A DNA stretch of 64,000 nt from Burkholderiaceae bacterium (GCA_030158305.1 JAOATE010000031.1:30570-94569), one strand, 5' to 3'. Counted from the first letter of the stretch, positions 36,548 through 48,103 are shown. The notes: generated by a model not told the origin, from the letters alone. Program-made: numbers and translations.

Positions 36548-38170
36548 TTAGACTGCCCTGACCTTAACGTAAGAACCTGGTGCTTCCTCAAGTACTTGAT
36601 ACGGCGCTCGACCAGCTTGCTTGGGTGCCCGCACACGCTTACCGCTGTGTGTGCTCAGCCACTCGACCCACGTTGGCCACCAACTACCGGGCTTTTCGAC
36701 AGACTGCTGGTCCCACTTATCCGGATCCTTGAGATCAGCCTTTGAAGTGCCCACCCAATAACTTCGCTTATTTTTAGCAGGTGGATTAATCACGCCTGCA
36801 ATATGTCCGGATGCGCCCAACACAAACGTCTTGTCACCCGAAAATAAAGACAATGTCGCAAAGGCAGAACGCCAAGGCACGATGTGATCCTCACGCGAAG
36901 CATAAATAAACGCAGGGATCTTCACTTTGCGCATATCGATCGGCACGCCGCAGCTGGTCAAGACGTTGGGCTGACAGAGTTTATTTTCTAAATAGGTATG
37001 GCGGAAATACCAAGTAAAAAATGGGCCCGGTAAATTCGTACCGTCGCTGTTCCAAAATAACAAATCGAATGCGACGGGCGTTTCGCCTTTTAAATAATTG
37101 GAAACGACATAATTCCACACGAGCTCATTTGGACGCAGGAATGAAAAGGTCGATCCCAATTCACGGGCGGACATGAAACCACCCTGGCCGATTTGTCCCT
37201 CGCGTAATTTTGCATGTTGTTCATCGACAAACACGCCGAGTGAACCCGTATCATGAAAATCCACCATGGCCGTCAACATCGTGACTGCCGCGACGGGCTC
37301 CTCTCCTCGCGCGGCAGCAACGGCAAGCGCCGTCGCGAGCATTGTCCCGCCAACACAAAAACCGAGCGCGTTGATTTGAGGCTGTTTAGAAATCGTTTGC
37401 GTGACCTCAATGGCTTTGAGAATGCCGTGCTCTAAATAATCATCCCAAGACGCCTGAGCCATCTCATCGGACTCTTCTGGCAAAGGATTGCGCCAAGACA
37501 TTAAAAAAACCGTCAGGCCTTGCTCGACCAAATAGCGGACCAAGGAATTTTCTGGCTGCAGGTCAAGAATGTAAAATTTATTGATACAAGGAGGCACCAG
37601 CAAGATCGGGCGTTGGTACACCGTGGGCGTGCTCGGAGCATATTGAATCAACTGAAAATAGGCATTTTGAAACACCACCGAACCTGGCGTGGTTGCGACA
37701 TTTTCACCAAGCTTAAATTTAGTCTCATCTGTTTGGGTAATACGACCTTTTTGCAGATCTGACAGCAGGTTTTGCATACCTGCCACAAGCGTCTCACCCC
37801 CTGAGTCCACCAAGGCGGCCTGTGCTTCTGGATTCGTGGCTAAAAAATTAGCGGGCGACAACGCGTCCAGCCACTGACTAATCGAAAACTCTAGACGATT
37901 TTTAACGTCTGGCTCTGCCGCAGAGGCAGACACCATGCGACTCATGGCCTCTGCAGACAGCAAATACAAATGCGCCATCATTAGGTGCGGTGGACTGCTC
38001 GCCCATGCTGGTGCCGCAAAGCGTCTGTCCTTGAGTGGGGTCAAATGACCATCAGCAGCATCTTTAGAGATACGCTGCCAACCCTCCAAAAAATCATGTT
38101 GAATCTTTGCGAGCGCTTCGGGAGGGAGACTGGCTGGAGGCACCCAGCCTTCAGGAAATGGGAAATTCAA
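36548..38170 (-). CDS. phaC: Class I poly(R)-hydroxyalkanoate synthase (start TTG 38170 proposed; ORF track gives 38230)
   Basis: PPCINKFYILDL, lipase box GFCVGG, DLLFWNSD, EDHIVPW, SGHIAG, SWW. Confidence 0.93.
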   Translation of the reverse strand: MNFPFPEGWVPPASLPPEALAKIQHDFLEGWQRISKDAADGHLTPLKDRRFAAPAWASSPPHLMMAHLYLLSAEAMSRMVSASAAEPDVKNRLEFSISQWLDALSPANFLATNPEAQAALVDSGGETLVAGMQNLLSDLQKGRITQTDETKFKLGENVATTPGSVVFQNAYFQLIQYAPSTPTVYQRPILLVPPCINKFYILDLQPENSLVRYLVEQGLTVFLMSWRNPLPEESDEMAQASWDDYLEHGILKAIEVTQTISKQPQINALGFCVGGTMLATALAVAAARGEEPVAAVTMLTAMVDFHDTGSLGVFVDEQHAKLREGQIGQGGFMSARELGSTFSFLRPNELVWNYVVSNYLKGETPVAFDLLFWNSDGTNLPGPFFTWYFRHTYLENKLCQPNVLTSCGVPIDMRKVKIPAFIYASREDHIVPWRSAFATLSLFSGDKTFVLGASGHIAGVINPPAKNKRSYWVGTSKADLKDPDKWDQQSVEKPGSWWPTWVEWLSTHSGKRVRAPKQAGRAPYQVLEEAPGSYVKVRAV

Positions 38171-38201
38171 ATCGAGACCTTTATCAGCACGTAGCGACCC
38201 A

Positions 38202-38230
38202 ATCCTGCGCTGCATTAGAAAGATTGTCAA
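38202..38230 (-). promoter_or_regulatory. Putative phaC sigma70 promoter with a TGC-N-GCA box
   Basis: TTGACA-N17-CAGGAT on the minus strand; the spacer contains TGCAGCGCAG, resembling recalled PhaR boxes. Confidence 0.35.
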
Positions 38231-38287
38231 TCAGGGGAAACGGACGCCAATCGGGACTGTTGATCGTTTAACGATTTTTAACAATGC

Positions 38288-39067
38288 TTATGGCTGATGA
38301 GAGACCATCCACGCTAGCGTTGCCATCCGCCCAGTTTGACGATCTCGCCGATAAGAAAAGAATTGCTTAGGGTTGGCAACCGTACAGCAATGACTCTGCT
38401 CAACATCCCTCACACCCATACGGTGAAGACGTAGCTGGGCAAGCCCCGCCAGATCGAGCCTCCAGCGCTCGGCTATCTGGGGATCGGCAAAACAGAGGTC
38501 AGGCTGCAACGCGAGTTCAGCCGCAAAGGCATCCCGAACGTCCGCCCCGACTTGAAAGGCTGCGGCACCAATACCTGGGCCGATCCAAGCTCGCCATCCT
38601 GAGCCTTCAGGCTGTTTGCGCAGCATAAGTGCAAGAGTTTCCTCAAGAACACCTGCAGCAAGGCCTTTCCAGCCAGCGTGAGCGGCTCCCAGCACAGAAC
38701 CACGATCATCCGACAGTACAACAGAGAGACAGTCCGCAGTTAGCACTGCCAGCACTCGCTCTGGGTTAATCGTCACAGACGCATCGGCCTCAGGAGGAGG
38801 CAAATTGGGCGCAAAAATGCTCACATCGTCCGCATCGACGACACGCACGCCATGCACTTGCTTGAGCCAACTAGGCTCGGAAGGGACCTGTTGATTGAGC
38901 AGCTGTCTATTCGCTAAGACGACCTCTGGAGCATCCCCTGCCCCTAGGCCTAGGTTAAAAGTGTCAAAAGGTGCGGTACCCAGCCCCCCCTGCCTCGTTG
39001 TACAAAAAGCTCGGACGCCTGACCAAGCGCGCGCGGGCTGCACAACAGAAAGAGAGCCTTGGGTCAT
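38288..39067 (-). CDS. pgeF: Peptidoglycan editing factor / purine nucleoside phosphorylase YfiH
   Basis: QVHG, TADCL, AHAGWKG, FFSYRRD, GRMA. Confidence 0.93.
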   Translation of the reverse strand: MTQGSLSVVQPARAWSGVRAFCTTRQGGLGTAPFDTFNLGLGAGDAPEVVLANRQLLNQQVPSEPSWLKQVHGVRVVDADDVSIFAPNLPPPEADASVTINPERVLAVLTADCLSVVLSDDRGSVLGAAHAGWKGLAAGVLEETLALMLRKQPEGSGWRAWIGPGIGAAAFQVGADVRDAFAAELALQPDLCFADPQIAERWRLDLAGLAQLRLHRMGVRDVEQSHCCTVANPKQFFSYRRDRQTGRMATLAWMVSHQP

Positions 39068-40023
39068 TATTTCCATTGAATCTGCTCTTGGACGCGCAGC
39101 ATATCTTCAGCGGGCGAAGCGGTAAACGCCACCTCGTCGCCAGTACTCGGATCTTCGAAGCGGAGTTGAAAGGCGTGCAGCATCTGGCGATTGGCGTCTC
39201 CAATGATCCGCCCTCCATACTGCGTGTCACCCAGCAGAGGGTGGCCAAGGCTGGCCAAATGGACTCGAATCTGATGGGTGCGTCCCGTTTCCAGCCGACA
39301 ACTGACCTGAGAAATATTAGAGTCGTGATACTCACCCACACGCATCAGCGAGTAATGGGTGATCGCGGCTTTGGGCGCGCTAGGACGCTCGACAGCCATG
39401 CGCACGGGTACGCGTGGATCTCGACCAATAGGACGATCAACGGTGCCCACACCCAGCATACGCCCATGGGCAAGCGCGAGATACTCGCGTCCCATCGTGC
39501 GGGCCTGGAGTTGACGCACCAAATGTGTCTGAGCGACCTCATTTCTGGCCACCACCAACAAACCGGAGGTGTCCTTGTCCAGACGGTGGACAATACCTGC
39601 GCGGGCCACCTGCGCCAACTCAGGATAGCGATAAAGCAAGCCATTTAATAGCGTGCCACTCCAGTTGCCGGCGCCGGGATGTGTGACTAAGCCGACCGGT
39701 TTGTTGACGACAATCCAATCCGGGCTCTCACCCATCACCTCAAACTCGATGGGCTCTGGCCTGAACGCCCCCTCCTCAGGGGAAGGCTGTTCATACACGG
39801 TGATAATGTCGTCTTCGCGCAGGTTCTGGCGCACACGGGCAACCTTGCCATTGATCAGTACGTGGCCACGCTCAATCCAGGTCTGTATCCGGCTACGGGA
39901 GTGCTGGGGAACTAATTGCGCCAGCACTTTATCCAGACGTTCCAGCGGCATTTCATCGGTGACCCGAAAAATCTGCGGTTCGTCTTCAGGAAGGGTATCT
40001 TCAGAAATAGGGTTATCAGGCAT
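39067..40023 (-). CDS. rluD: 23S rRNA pseudouridine synthase RluD
   Basis: S4 domain; NKPVGLVTHP, HRLDKDTSG, GRTHQIRVH. Confidence 0.95.
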   Translation of the reverse strand: MPDNPISEDTLPEDEPQIFRVTDEMPLERLDKVLAQLVPQHSRSRIQTWIERGHVLINGKVARVRQNLREDDIITVYEQPSPEEGAFRPEPIEFEVMGESPDWIVVNKPVGLVTHPGAGNWSGTLLNGLLYRYPELAQVARAGIVHRLDKDTSGLLVVARNEVAQTHLVRQLQARTMGREYLALAHGRMLGVGTVDRPIGRDPRVPVRMAVERPSAPKAAITHYSLMRVGEYHDSNISQVSCRLETGRTHQIRVHLASLGHPLLGDTQYGGRIIGDANRQMLHAFQLRFEDPSTGDEVAFTASPAEDMLRVQEQIQWK

Positions 40024-40073
40024 TTCGACTCGTCTTATAATCAGTTGAGAATGCTAACACCAAGGATCATCTC

Positions 40074-40925
40074 GTGATGAGTCGTACCGCCATTTCTTTT
40101 CTCCCCGCCCTCTCGCTGAACCAAGTGATCAGCCGGGTTTTATTGATGTTTGCCGCTCTGGCGCTGATTTCTGGTTGCGGGACCAAGGCCCCAGAATACG
40201 ACCCGACAGCCAACTGGAACGCCGAGCGACTGTTTCAAGACGGTAAAACAGAGATGAACTCTGCTAACTGGCGTGTGGCCAAGGAGCGCTTTGCCGCAGT
40301 GGAGGCACGCTTTCCTTTTGGCGTCTACGCTCAGCAAGCCCAGATCAACTTGGCTTATTGCCAATGGAAAGACAAAGAGCCCGAGCTTGCCGTTGGAACA
40401 TTGACACGCTTCCAGCAACAGTATCCCGGCAATCCTTCAATGGATTACGTCTTGTACCTCAAGGGTTTAGTTAATTTCACACCACCTAGCGCCGTTTTTT
40501 CGAGTATTACTCGCCAAAACCCAGGCGAACGTGATACGCGTGCCCTGCGCCAGTCCTTTGCCGCCTTTACTGAGTTGGTACAGCAATATCCAGATAGTCG
40601 TTACACACCTGATGCACGTAAACGCCTGAGCTGGTTGGTGAACACGATGGCAGAAAACGAAATGACGATCGCGCGTTTTTACTATGACCGCTACGCCTAT
40701 GTCGCAGCCATCAATCGCGCGCAAAGCGTCATTACTGACTACCAAGGTGTGCCTGCCGCTGAGCCCGCGCTCTACATCATGATGATGTCGTATGAAAAGC
40801 TGGGTATGACAGAGTTGCGCAACGACACTGAACGGGTGCTCTTGCAAAACTTCCCAAAGACAACACTGATCAGTAACGGCTTTCCCAACAAATACAGCGC
40901 CTGGAATCCTTTGCGCTTGTTCTGA
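40074..40925 (+). CDS. bamD: Outer membrane protein assembly factor BamD
   Basis: Lipobox ISGC; TPR-like helices; YVLYLKGL; YPDSRY; divergent from rluD. Confidence 0.93.
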   Translation: MMSRTAISFLPALSLNQVISRVLLMFAALALISGCGTKAPEYDPTANWNAERLFQDGKTEMNSANWRVAKERFAAVEARFPFGVYAQQAQINLAYCQWKDKEPELAVGTLTRFQQQYPGNPSMDYVLYLKGLVNFTPPSAVFSSITRQNPGERDTRALRQSFAAFTELVQQYPDSRYTPDARKRLSWLVNTMAENEMTIARFYYDRYAYVAAINRAQSVITDYQGVPAAEPALYIMMMSYEKLGMTELRNDTERVLLQNFPKTTLISNGFPNKYSAWNPLRLF

Positions 40926-40932
40926 TAAAGCG

Positions 40933-42921
40933 TCAATCAGTAGGCGCCTCGCTGTGGCGTTGATAGAAAGCAACGGCTTCTTCAACGTCACGCGTTCTGG
41001 CAAAAGGCGGTAAGCCCCGCCAAAGCTGTTTGCCATAGGGCTTATCGACGAGTCGAGTATCTCCGACCATCAACACACCCCAATCAGTTTCTGTGCGAAT
41101 GAGGCGTCCCGCCCCTTGTTTGAGGGCAATCGCAGCCTCAGGTAGCTGATACTCCATAAATGGATTCCCTCCGCGACTACGGCATGCTCTGATCCGGGCC
41201 TCGAGCACCGGATCATCGGGGGGCGCAAAAGGAAGCTTGTCGATCGCTACGAGCGTGAGGCGATCACCCGCCACATCAATCCCCTCCCAAAAGCTAGCGC
41301 TCCCCACCAAAACAGCATGATCCAGTGTTCGGAAACGTTCGAGCAAATCTCTGCGTGTGCCATTACCCTGCCGCATAATGGGCCACGTCAATCCGAGCTG
41401 ATCGTAGGCATCTGCGAGCAAGCTCGCGACCCGCTCAACTGCGCGCAAGGTCGTGCATAACACCAAGGCCCCTCCCTGACTGGCTTGAATGAGAGGCATC
41501 AAGGTCTCAACAAAGGCGGGCAAAAATTCGGGGGATTGTGGTGCGGGAAGCGTCCTGGGCACAAATAATAAGGCTTGATTGGCGTAGTCAAAAGGCGACT
41601 CTAGCCGCATGGTCTCAGCTTTTTCGAGACCCAGACGAGAGGTGAAATGAGAGAAGTCTCCATGCACAGAGAGCGTCGCAGAAGTAAAGACCCACGCTTG
41701 ACCACCTTGCCGGTAGCGTGAAAACGCCTCTGCAACAGAAAGTGGTGCCGCGTGCAGACGAACATGATGCAAGCCTAACTCCACCCATCGTACGACCTGC
41801 TGGACGTCCTCAACAGGCCCCTGGCTGGTGCGTCCGGGCTTGCCCCACGTGGACAAGCGCTCGGCAAGCTCGTGGCCACTACGGGCCGCCGCTGCCAAAT
41901 CTGGATGCTTTTCCTCCACGCTTGAAAGCATGCTTGCGATTTCATCCAGTGCCGTCTGTAACACCTCACGCGCCGCATCGAAACCCTCCGGGGAGGGAAA
42001 CGCCTCAAAGGTCACTCGTCGGGAGGGCATTTTTTCAAGGCCGGCACAATTTAATCTGAGCTCTTTGGTGGCATGTTCAAGCCGGCGCGCTTGCTCGGAC
42101 CAGTTGGTCAATTCACGCGCATGCGCCAGTCCGGCTGTTTCAACGAGCTTGGACAAGTCCAGTAACTGATGGGTCGACACACTAGTGCCAAGAAATCGTG
42201 TCGCCGTGTCGGGAAGCTGATGCGCCTCGTCAAAAATGACGGTATCAGCCGCAGGCAGCAGATCTGTGATGCCCTCATCACGCAACATCAAGTCCGCCAT
42301 AAATAAGGCGTGATTAATCACCACCACATCGGCCTCTTGCGCTTGACGGCGCGCTTTGAGAACAAAGCAATCTCGAACGTTTGGACAGTCTTGTCCTAAA
42401 CAATTTTCACGCGTAGAGGTGACGCGCTGCCAAATTTCAGCGTCTTCGGGTACTGAGGGCAGATCGGCGCGATCACCCGTGCTGCTTTGCTGAGAAAAAG
42501 TTTGAATATGCCGTAGCTGTTGCACCTCGCCGCGCGAATGCAAGGCGCGGTCCTCGCCTTGGAGACGCTCCAAGTGATAGTGGCAGACATAATTGCCGCG
42601 TCCCTTGAGCAGCGCAATTGAGGCGGGTAGACTCAAGGCCTCGCGAACCTTGGGCAGATCTCGCGCGAACAATTGATCTTGCAACGTGCGGGTGCCGGTC
42701 GACACAAGAACCTTGCCGCCACCCAGCAAAGCAGGCACTAAATACGCCCACGTTTTCCCTGTCCCAGTGCCTGCCTCCGCGACAAGTGTTGATCGCTCAG
42801 CAATCGTACGCTCGACCGCTTGCGCAAGTGCGATCTGGGAAGATCGGACACGAAAGCCAGGAGACATGCTGGCCAACGGACCATCAAGGGAAAAAAGCTC
42901 GGAAATTGTAGGTTCTTGCAT
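40933..42921 (-). CDS. ATP-dependent DNA helicase, DinG/YoaA family
   Basis: [18 protein letters not shown] and FeS cysteines, [18 protein letters not shown]. Confidence 0.93.
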   Translation of the reverse strand: MQEPTISELFSLDGPLASMSPGFRVRSSQIALAQAVERTIAERSTLVAEAGTGTGKTWAYLVPALLGGGKVLVSTGTRTLQDQLFARDLPKVREALSLPASIALLKGRGNYVCHYHLERLQGEDRALHSRGEVQQLRHIQTFSQQSSTGDRADLPSVPEDAEIWQRVTSTRENCLGQDCPNVRDCFVLKARRQAQEADVVVINHALFMADLMLRDEGITDLLPAADTVIFDEAHQLPDTATRFLGTSVSTHQLLDLSKLVETAGLAHARELTNWSEQARRLEHATKELRLNCAGLEKMPSRRVTFEAFPSPEGFDAAREVLQTALDEIASMLSSVEEKHPDLAAAARSGHELAERLSTWGKPGRTSQGPVEDVQQVVRWVELGLHHVRLHAAPLSVAEAFSRYRQGGQAWVFTSATLSVHGDFSHFTSRLGLEKAETMRLESPFDYANQALLFVPRTLPAPQSPEFLPAFVETLMPLIQASQGGALVLCTTLRAVERVASLLADAYDQLGLTWPIMRQGNGTRRDLLERFRTLDHAVLVGSASFWEGIDVAGDRLTLVAIDKLPFAPPDDPVLEARIRACRSRGGNPFMEYQLPEAAIALKQGAGRLIRTETDWGVLMVGDTRLVDKPYGKQLWRGLPPFARTRDVEEAVAFYQRHSEAPTD

Positions 42922-43027
42922 AAAGGACACCAAAGGGCAAGCCGGATCATACCCCGTTGAAACAGAGCGGATTTCACTGTTGTGGCAAAATCATCCGTTT
43001 GCCGCAATCTATAAAGTTCTGGAAATC

Positions 43028-45523
43028 ATGAGCGATTCAACGACCCCGCAATCCGCACCGCAGTCCGCCCTGTCAGCAAAACCTGCAGAGTCGTCTGCCC
43101 AAACTGCTGCGATCTCGTCTGCGGCCTCTGCGACATTTGCCGCTCCTGTGTCAGCCGCCCAAGCAGAACTCCGCATTACGGCCCAACTTGCCGAAGAGCT
43201 CAGTATCAGGCCTCAGCAGGTTGCCGCGGTCATCGAATTATTAAAAGATGGCGCCACGATTCCGTTTATCGCCCGTTATCGCAAGGAAGCCACTGGAGGT
43301 CTCGACGACACCGTCTTGCGAAATCTGGATACGCGCCTGCTTTACCTGCGCGATCTAGAAGAGCGGCGCGCGGCGATTTTGGCCTCTATTTCCGAACAGC
43401 AAAAACTGACGCCCGAACTGGAAAAATCCATCCAACAAGCAGACACCAAGCAGCGGCTCGAGGACTTGTACGCCCCCTTTAAGGTGAAAAGGAGAACACG
43501 TGCCCAAATCGCAAGAGAGGCGGGTCTTGAGCCTCTGGCAGATGCGATTTTGGCGGACTTGAGCTGCGACCCCATTACGCTGGCTGCACAATATTTAAAT
43601 CCGGATGCAAATATTACGGAAGCCAAGGCAGCTCTTGATGGCGCGCGAGATATTCTGGCTGAACGCTATGCTGAAAATGCCGATTTACTGGCCGATCTGC
43701 GCACCCATTTGTGGTCACACGGCTACCTCTACTCAAAAGTTGCCGAGGGCAAAGAAGCCGAAGGCGCCAATTTCCGCGACTGGTTCGAGTTTAATGAACC
43801 ACTCCGCACGCTCCCCTCGCACCGTGTGCTTGCTATGTTGCGCGGCCGCCAACAAGGTGTGCTGGAGCTACGAATTGGTCTTGAGGCAAGCCAAGATATC
43901 CTGGTTCCGCATCCCTGTATTGAGCGCGTGGCGCAATTCCTCAAGCTAGGCAGAGATCTCTTCGACGCGACCCCCTCGCCCCGTGCCAAATGGCTGGCTG
44001 ATGTGGCTCGCTGGACATGGCGGGTCAAGCTGCTCACCATGTTTGAAACAGAAATGATCACGCGACTGCGCGAAAGCGCCGAAACCGAGGCTATTCGAGT
44101 GTTTGCCGCAAACCTCAAAGACCTGCTGCTCGCCGCACCTGCGGGCCCTAAAGCAGTGTTGGGCTTAGACCCTGGCATTCGGACAGGCGTCAAGGTGGCG
44201 GCGATTGATCACACCGGCAAACTGGTTGAGACCGCAACGGTCTACCCCTTTGAGCCAAGACGCGACCGTGCTGGATCTTTGGCGACACTGGCTGCGATTG
44301 CCCGCCGTCACAAAATTGAACTGGTTGCCATCGGCAATGGCACTGCTTCGCGCGAAACTGAAAAACTGGTTGCTGACTTGATGGCTGAACAGCCTGACCT
44401 CAAGCTCACACGCGTGGTCGTTTCTGAGGCGGGGGCTTCGGTCTATTCCGCCTCGGAGCTGGCTGCCCTTGAGTTTCCTGACCTGGACGTGAGTTTGCGT
44501 GGTGCGGCCTCGATTGCGCGACGCTTGCAAGACCCCTTGGCGGAACTCGTCAAGATCGAGCCTAAAGCCATCGGTGTCGGTCAATATCAACACGACCTTA
44601 ACCAACGCGAGCTGGCGCGCTCTCTGGATGCCGTTGTTGAAGACTGCGTGAATGCCGTCGGTGTGGATGTCAACACGGCCTCTGCAGCGCTGCTGGCCCG
44701 CGTCTCGGGTCTGAACAGCACCTTGGCTAAAAACATCGTAGCCTATCGCGACGACAAGGGTGTATTCCCCAACAGAGCCGCCCTCAAAGAAGTTTCTCGC
44801 TTTGGCGAAAAAGCGTTCGAACAAGCTGCAGGTTTCTTGCGTATCCCCAACGGCAATAACCCACTTGATGCCTCTTCGGTTCACCCCGAAGCCTATCCTG
44901 TCGTTGAGCGTATTTTGAAAAAAATCGCGGCCGACATGAAAGAAGTCATCGGTAATCGGGAAAAACTCAAAGGCCTCTCACCGTCTGAATTTACAGACGA
45001 CCGCTTTGGCGTGCCAACCGTGCGGGATATTTTGCTTGAACTCGAAAAACCCGGGCGCGATCCGCGTCCTGAATTCAAGACGGCGACATTTAAAGAAGGG
45101 GTCGAGACGCTTAATGATCTACTGCCAGGCATGATTCTCGAAGGCGTAGTCACTAACGTCGCCAACTTTGGCGCCTTTGTGGATATCGGCGTCCATCAGG
45201 ATGGTTTGGTCCACATCTCTGCGCTTGCGGAAAAATTTGTCTCCGATCCGCGTGATGTTGTGCGGGTGGGACAAACCGTCAGCGTCCGAGTGCAAGAGGT
45301 CGATATTCCTCGCAAACGCATCGCCTTGACGATGCGCTTGAATGACGAGGCGCCACCTGCTCGTTCCATGAATACTGGTGCGGCTGGCGGTGGTCAAACT
45401 TCAGGCAAGAATCGCTCAGGCGGCTCAGGCAGCTTAGGAGGCGCCAAGCCAAGCCGCAATAGTGCTCCCGAGCCTACAGGCCAAGGGGCGATGGCAGCCG
45501 CATTCGCGAAACTCAAGCGCTGA
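43028..45523 (+). CDS. tex: Tex family RNA-binding transcriptional accessory protein
   Basis: [34 protein letters not shown], and the S1 domain [19 protein letters not shown] at 43028. Confidence 0.95.
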   Translation: MSDSTTPQSAPQSALSAKPAESSAQTAAISSAASATFAAPVSAAQAELRITAQLAEELSIRPQQVAAVIELLKDGATIPFIARYRKEATGGLDDTVLRNLDTRLLYLRDLEERRAAILASISEQQKLTPELEKSIQQADTKQRLEDLYAPFKVKRRTRAQIAREAGLEPLADAILADLSCDPITLAAQYLNPDANITEAKAALDGARDILAERYAENADLLADLRTHLWSHGYLYSKVAEGKEAEGANFRDWFEFNEPLRTLPSHRVLAMLRGRQQGVLELRIGLEASQDILVPHPCIERVAQFLKLGRDLFDATPSPRAKWLADVARWTWRVKLLTMFETEMITRLRESAETEAIRVFAANLKDLLLAAPAGPKAVLGLDPGIRTGVKVAAIDHTGKLVETATVYPFEPRRDRAGSLATLAAIARRHKIELVAIGNGTASRETEKLVADLMAEQPDLKLTRVVVSEAGASVYSASELAALEFPDLDVSLRGAASIARRLQDPLAELVKIEPKAIGVGQYQHDLNQRELARSLDAVVEDCVNAVGVDVNTASAALLARVSGLNSTLAKNIVAYRDDKGVFPNRAALKEVSRFGEKAFEQAAGFLRIPNGNNPLDASSVHPEAYPVVERILKKIAADMKEVIGNREKLKGLSPSEFTDDRFGVPTVRDILLELEKPGRDPRPEFKTATFKEGVETLNDLLPGMILEGVVTNVANFGAFVDIGVHQDGLVHISALAEKFVSDPRDVVRVGQTVSVRVQEVDIPRKRIALTMRLNDEAPPARSMNTGAAGGGQTSGKNRSGGSGSLGGAKPSRNSAPEPTGQGAMAAAFAKLKR

Positions 45524-45579
45524 AGGCTCAGGCGCTGAAGGCTCAAGCACTTGTATGCAGTTCAAGCGCTTGTATGCGC
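45512..45579. repeat. Nested short tandem repeats at the tex stop
   Basis: CTCA(A/G)GCGCTGAAGG x2 (45512-45541), then (C/T)TCAAGC(A/G)CTTGTATGC x2 (45542-45577). Confidence 0.7.
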
Positions 45580-45614
45580 TGAGTGTCTTCCCTAGAGGTT
45601 GGACGCACTCAGCG
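45577..45614. terminator. Hairpin between convergent tex and trpS
   Basis: CGCTGAGTG...CACTCAGCG, perfect 9-bp arms; no U tract. Confidence 0.45.
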
Positions 45615-45622
45615 AGTGACAC

Positions 45623-46981
45623 TCACTCTGGCGGACGCAAACTCGCACGCAAGGCTTCAATGCGCTCAGCTCGCTGAACGCTGGAGACACTCGTCACACC
45701 CGTCGCGACCACAGCCCCATCAAGCGTGAGAGTAAAGTCCAGCTCGCCAGCGAGTGTCAGCATGACCTCAAGGTCACCGCTTTGCAAGGCACGCATGGCA
45801 GCCCCCGCCAACTTGGGATCTGCAAAAGCAACCGAAGAAAAAAGCTCTGCCCCATCCAAACCGAGGAAGCGGAAACGAAACTGCCCCGCATCGTCACGGA
45901 AACTCACAAAACGAGCGCCTTTGCCGCCACCCTTAGCCTGCTTGGCAGCACCGGATTTTGCTTGGGTCGCAAGCGTACGCAAGCCAACGGCTTGACGCAA
46001 CTCATGAATAAAAGGTGTCGCGATGACACGTGCTTTACGCGCACCTTCTTGCAAGATGTCTTCGATTCGATTGGGATGTGCCATCAAATCTTCGTAGTTG
46101 TCGCGCATCGGCCCAAGCTCTTGCTCGATACGTTCGCACAAATTCTGTTTAGCCTCTCCCCAGCCCATTCCCGTTGCAAGCGCCTGACGAAACGCCGCAG
46201 TCTCTGACTGCTGAGCAAAGGCCTTGTAAATGAGATAGAGATGCGAAGCCTCTGCATCCTTGGGCTCACCCGGACCGCGTGAGTCGGTGACGATCTTGGC
46301 AACCGCAGATTTCAGTGCGCGCGCCCCGCCCTCAAAAAGGGGGACAGTATTGTTGTAGCTCTTGGACATCTTGCGTCCATCGAGACCTGGCAGAGTCGCC
46401 ACATCTTCTGCAATGACTGCCTCGGGAAGTACGAAAAAGTCTTTACCCTGTCCGAATAAATGATTGAATCTCTGAGCAATGTCACGGGCCATTTCAAGGT
46501 GCTGTGTCTGATCACGCCCCACAGGTACCTTGTGAGCATTGAACATCAAAATATCTGCCGCCATCAAAATGGGATAGGAAAACAAACCCATCGTGATACC
46601 GTCATCAGGCTCAACACTCTTGGCGACATTTTGATCAACCGAAGCCTTGTAGGCATGGGCGCGATTCATCAAACCCTTTGCCGTGACGCACGTCAGCATC
46701 CAACACAACTCGGGGATTTCAGGCACATCAGACTGGCGATAAAAAGTCACACGCTCCGGGTCAAGTCCCGAGGCCAACCAAGTCGCCGCGATCTCCAAGC
46801 GAGAACGCGCAATACGGTCTGCATCCTCGCACTTAATCAACGCGTGATAGTCCGCCAAAAAGAAAAATGCATCCACATTTTTTTCAAGGCTCGCTTGAAT
46901 AGCGGGACGAATCGCGCCAACATAGTTACCCAGATGAGGTGTGCCCGACGTCGTGATGCCGGTAAGAACGCGCGTATTCAT
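45623..46981 (-). CDS. trpS: Tryptophan--tRNA ligase with a C-terminal extension
   Basis: HLGN (HIGH), [25 protein letters not shown]. Confidence 0.96.
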   Translation of the reverse strand: MNTRVLTGITTSGTPHLGNYVGAIRPAIQASLEKNVDAFFFLADYHALIKCEDADRIARSRLEIAATWLASGLDPERVTFYRQSDVPEIPELCWMLTCVTAKGLMNRAHAYKASVDQNVAKSVEPDDGITMGLFSYPILMAADILMFNAHKVPVGRDQTQHLEMARDIAQRFNHLFGQGKDFFVLPEAVIAEDVATLPGLDGRKMSKSYNNTVPLFEGGARALKSAVAKIVTDSRGPGEPKDAEASHLYLIYKAFAQQSETAAFRQALATGMGWGEAKQNLCERIEQELGPMRDNYEDLMAHPNRIEDILQEGARKARVIATPFIHELRQAVGLRTLATQAKSGAAKQAKGGGKGARFVSFRDDAGQFRFRFLGLDGAELFSSVAFADPKLAGAAMRALQSGDLEVMLTLAGELDFTLTLDGAVVATGVTSVSSVQRAERIEALRASLRPPE

Positions 46982-46991
46982 GATGTTGACC

Positions 46992-48098
46992 TTAGAGACT
47001 GACGGTATCGCGCTGCTCAGAATCCAGATACTCCTTGGACTGCATCTCTAGGATGCGGGAAACAGTTCGATGAAACTCGTTAGACATGGGACCAGAGGTG
47101 TAGATTTCCTCTGGCTCACACTCAGCAGACATGATCAACTTGACCTTGTGGTCATAGAAAACATCGATCAGCCATGTGAATCTCCTGGCCTCAGAGGCGT
47201 GTTTCGGCCCCATTTTTGGGACGTCCGAGAGAATCACTGCGTGAAATCGGCTGGCGATTTCAAGATAATCGTTTTGCGAACGCGGCCCACCGCACAAGGT
47301 GGCGAAATCAAACCAGACAACACTACCCGCACGTTTTTTGGCCGTAATCTCTCGATGTTCGATTAAGAGCACCGGATCCTGCGGGGGCGTATCGGACAGT
47401 TGGGCAAAGGCCTCATGCAAGGCTTGGTCCGCTTGCGCGCCAAGAGGTGTGTGATAGCACTTGACCTGCTCGAGTGTTCGACGACGGTAATCAATCCCGG
47501 CATCCACATTCAAAATATCCATCCGGTCTTTGATCAAGGCGATGGCAGGCAAAATGCGATCGCGATGCAAGCCGTCGGGATAAAGCAGTGAAGGCTCGTA
47601 ATTGGACGTCATGACAAAAGACGTGCCATGCTCGAAAAATTTGAGTAACAGCCGATACAAAATCATGGCATCGGCCACATCCGAGACATGAAACTCGTCG
47701 AAACAGATGAGGCGATAGCGTTTGGAGATGCGCTTGGCAACCTCGTCTAGCGGGTCTTGCATGCCTTTGACTTCGTCAAGCTGGCGATGCACGCTACGCA
47801 TGAATTCATGGAAATGCAGACGGGTTTTACGCTTAACTGGAACAGTCGCATAAAACGCATCCATCAAAAAGCTCTTGCCACGCCCTACTCCACCCCAAAG
47901 GTAAACACCTCTGGGCACATCAGGACGTTTGAACAGGCGTTTGACGGCACTGGAACGATCGCTTTTAAAAGCGATCCAGTCGTCAAAATACTTTTGCAAA
48001 CGCTCGATGGCGGTGCGCTGAGCGGGGTCTGGCTGATAACCGCGCTCAGCCAGACTGCTTTCATAGTGTTGTAGGACGTTCAAGAAAGTTGCACGCAA
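46992..48098 (-). CDS. zapE: Cell division protein ZapE (AFG1-like ATPase)
   Basis: [27 protein letters not shown]. Confidence 0.94.
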   Translation of the reverse strand: MRATFLNVLQHYESSLAERGYQPDPAQRTAIERLQKYFDDWIAFKSDRSSAVKRLFKRPDVPRGVYLWGGVGRGKSFLMDAFYATVPVKRKTRLHFHEFMRSVHRQLDEVKGMQDPLDEVAKRISKRYRLICFDEFHVSDVADAMILYRLLLKFFEHGTSFVMTSNYEPSLLYPDGLHRDRILPAIALIKDRMDILNVDAGIDYRRRTLEQVKCYHTPLGAQADQALHEAFAQLSDTPPQDPVLLIEHREITAKKRAGSVVWFDFATLCGGPRSQNDYLEIASRFHAVILSDVPKMGPKHASEARRFTWLIDVFYDHKVKLIMSAECEPEEIYTSGPMSNEFHRTVSRILEMQSKEYLDSEQRDTVSL

Positions 48099-48103
48099 GT
48101 GCC

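Noticed and set aside
43028-43170. Ala/Ser/Pro-rich N-terminal extension of Tex
   Set aside because: Low-complexity leader with an uncertain start codon and no motif; nothing testable from sequence alone.
45512-45614. Mini-CRISPR interpretation of the repeats
   Set aside because: Units are directly adjacent with no spacers, are too short, and no cas genes are present.
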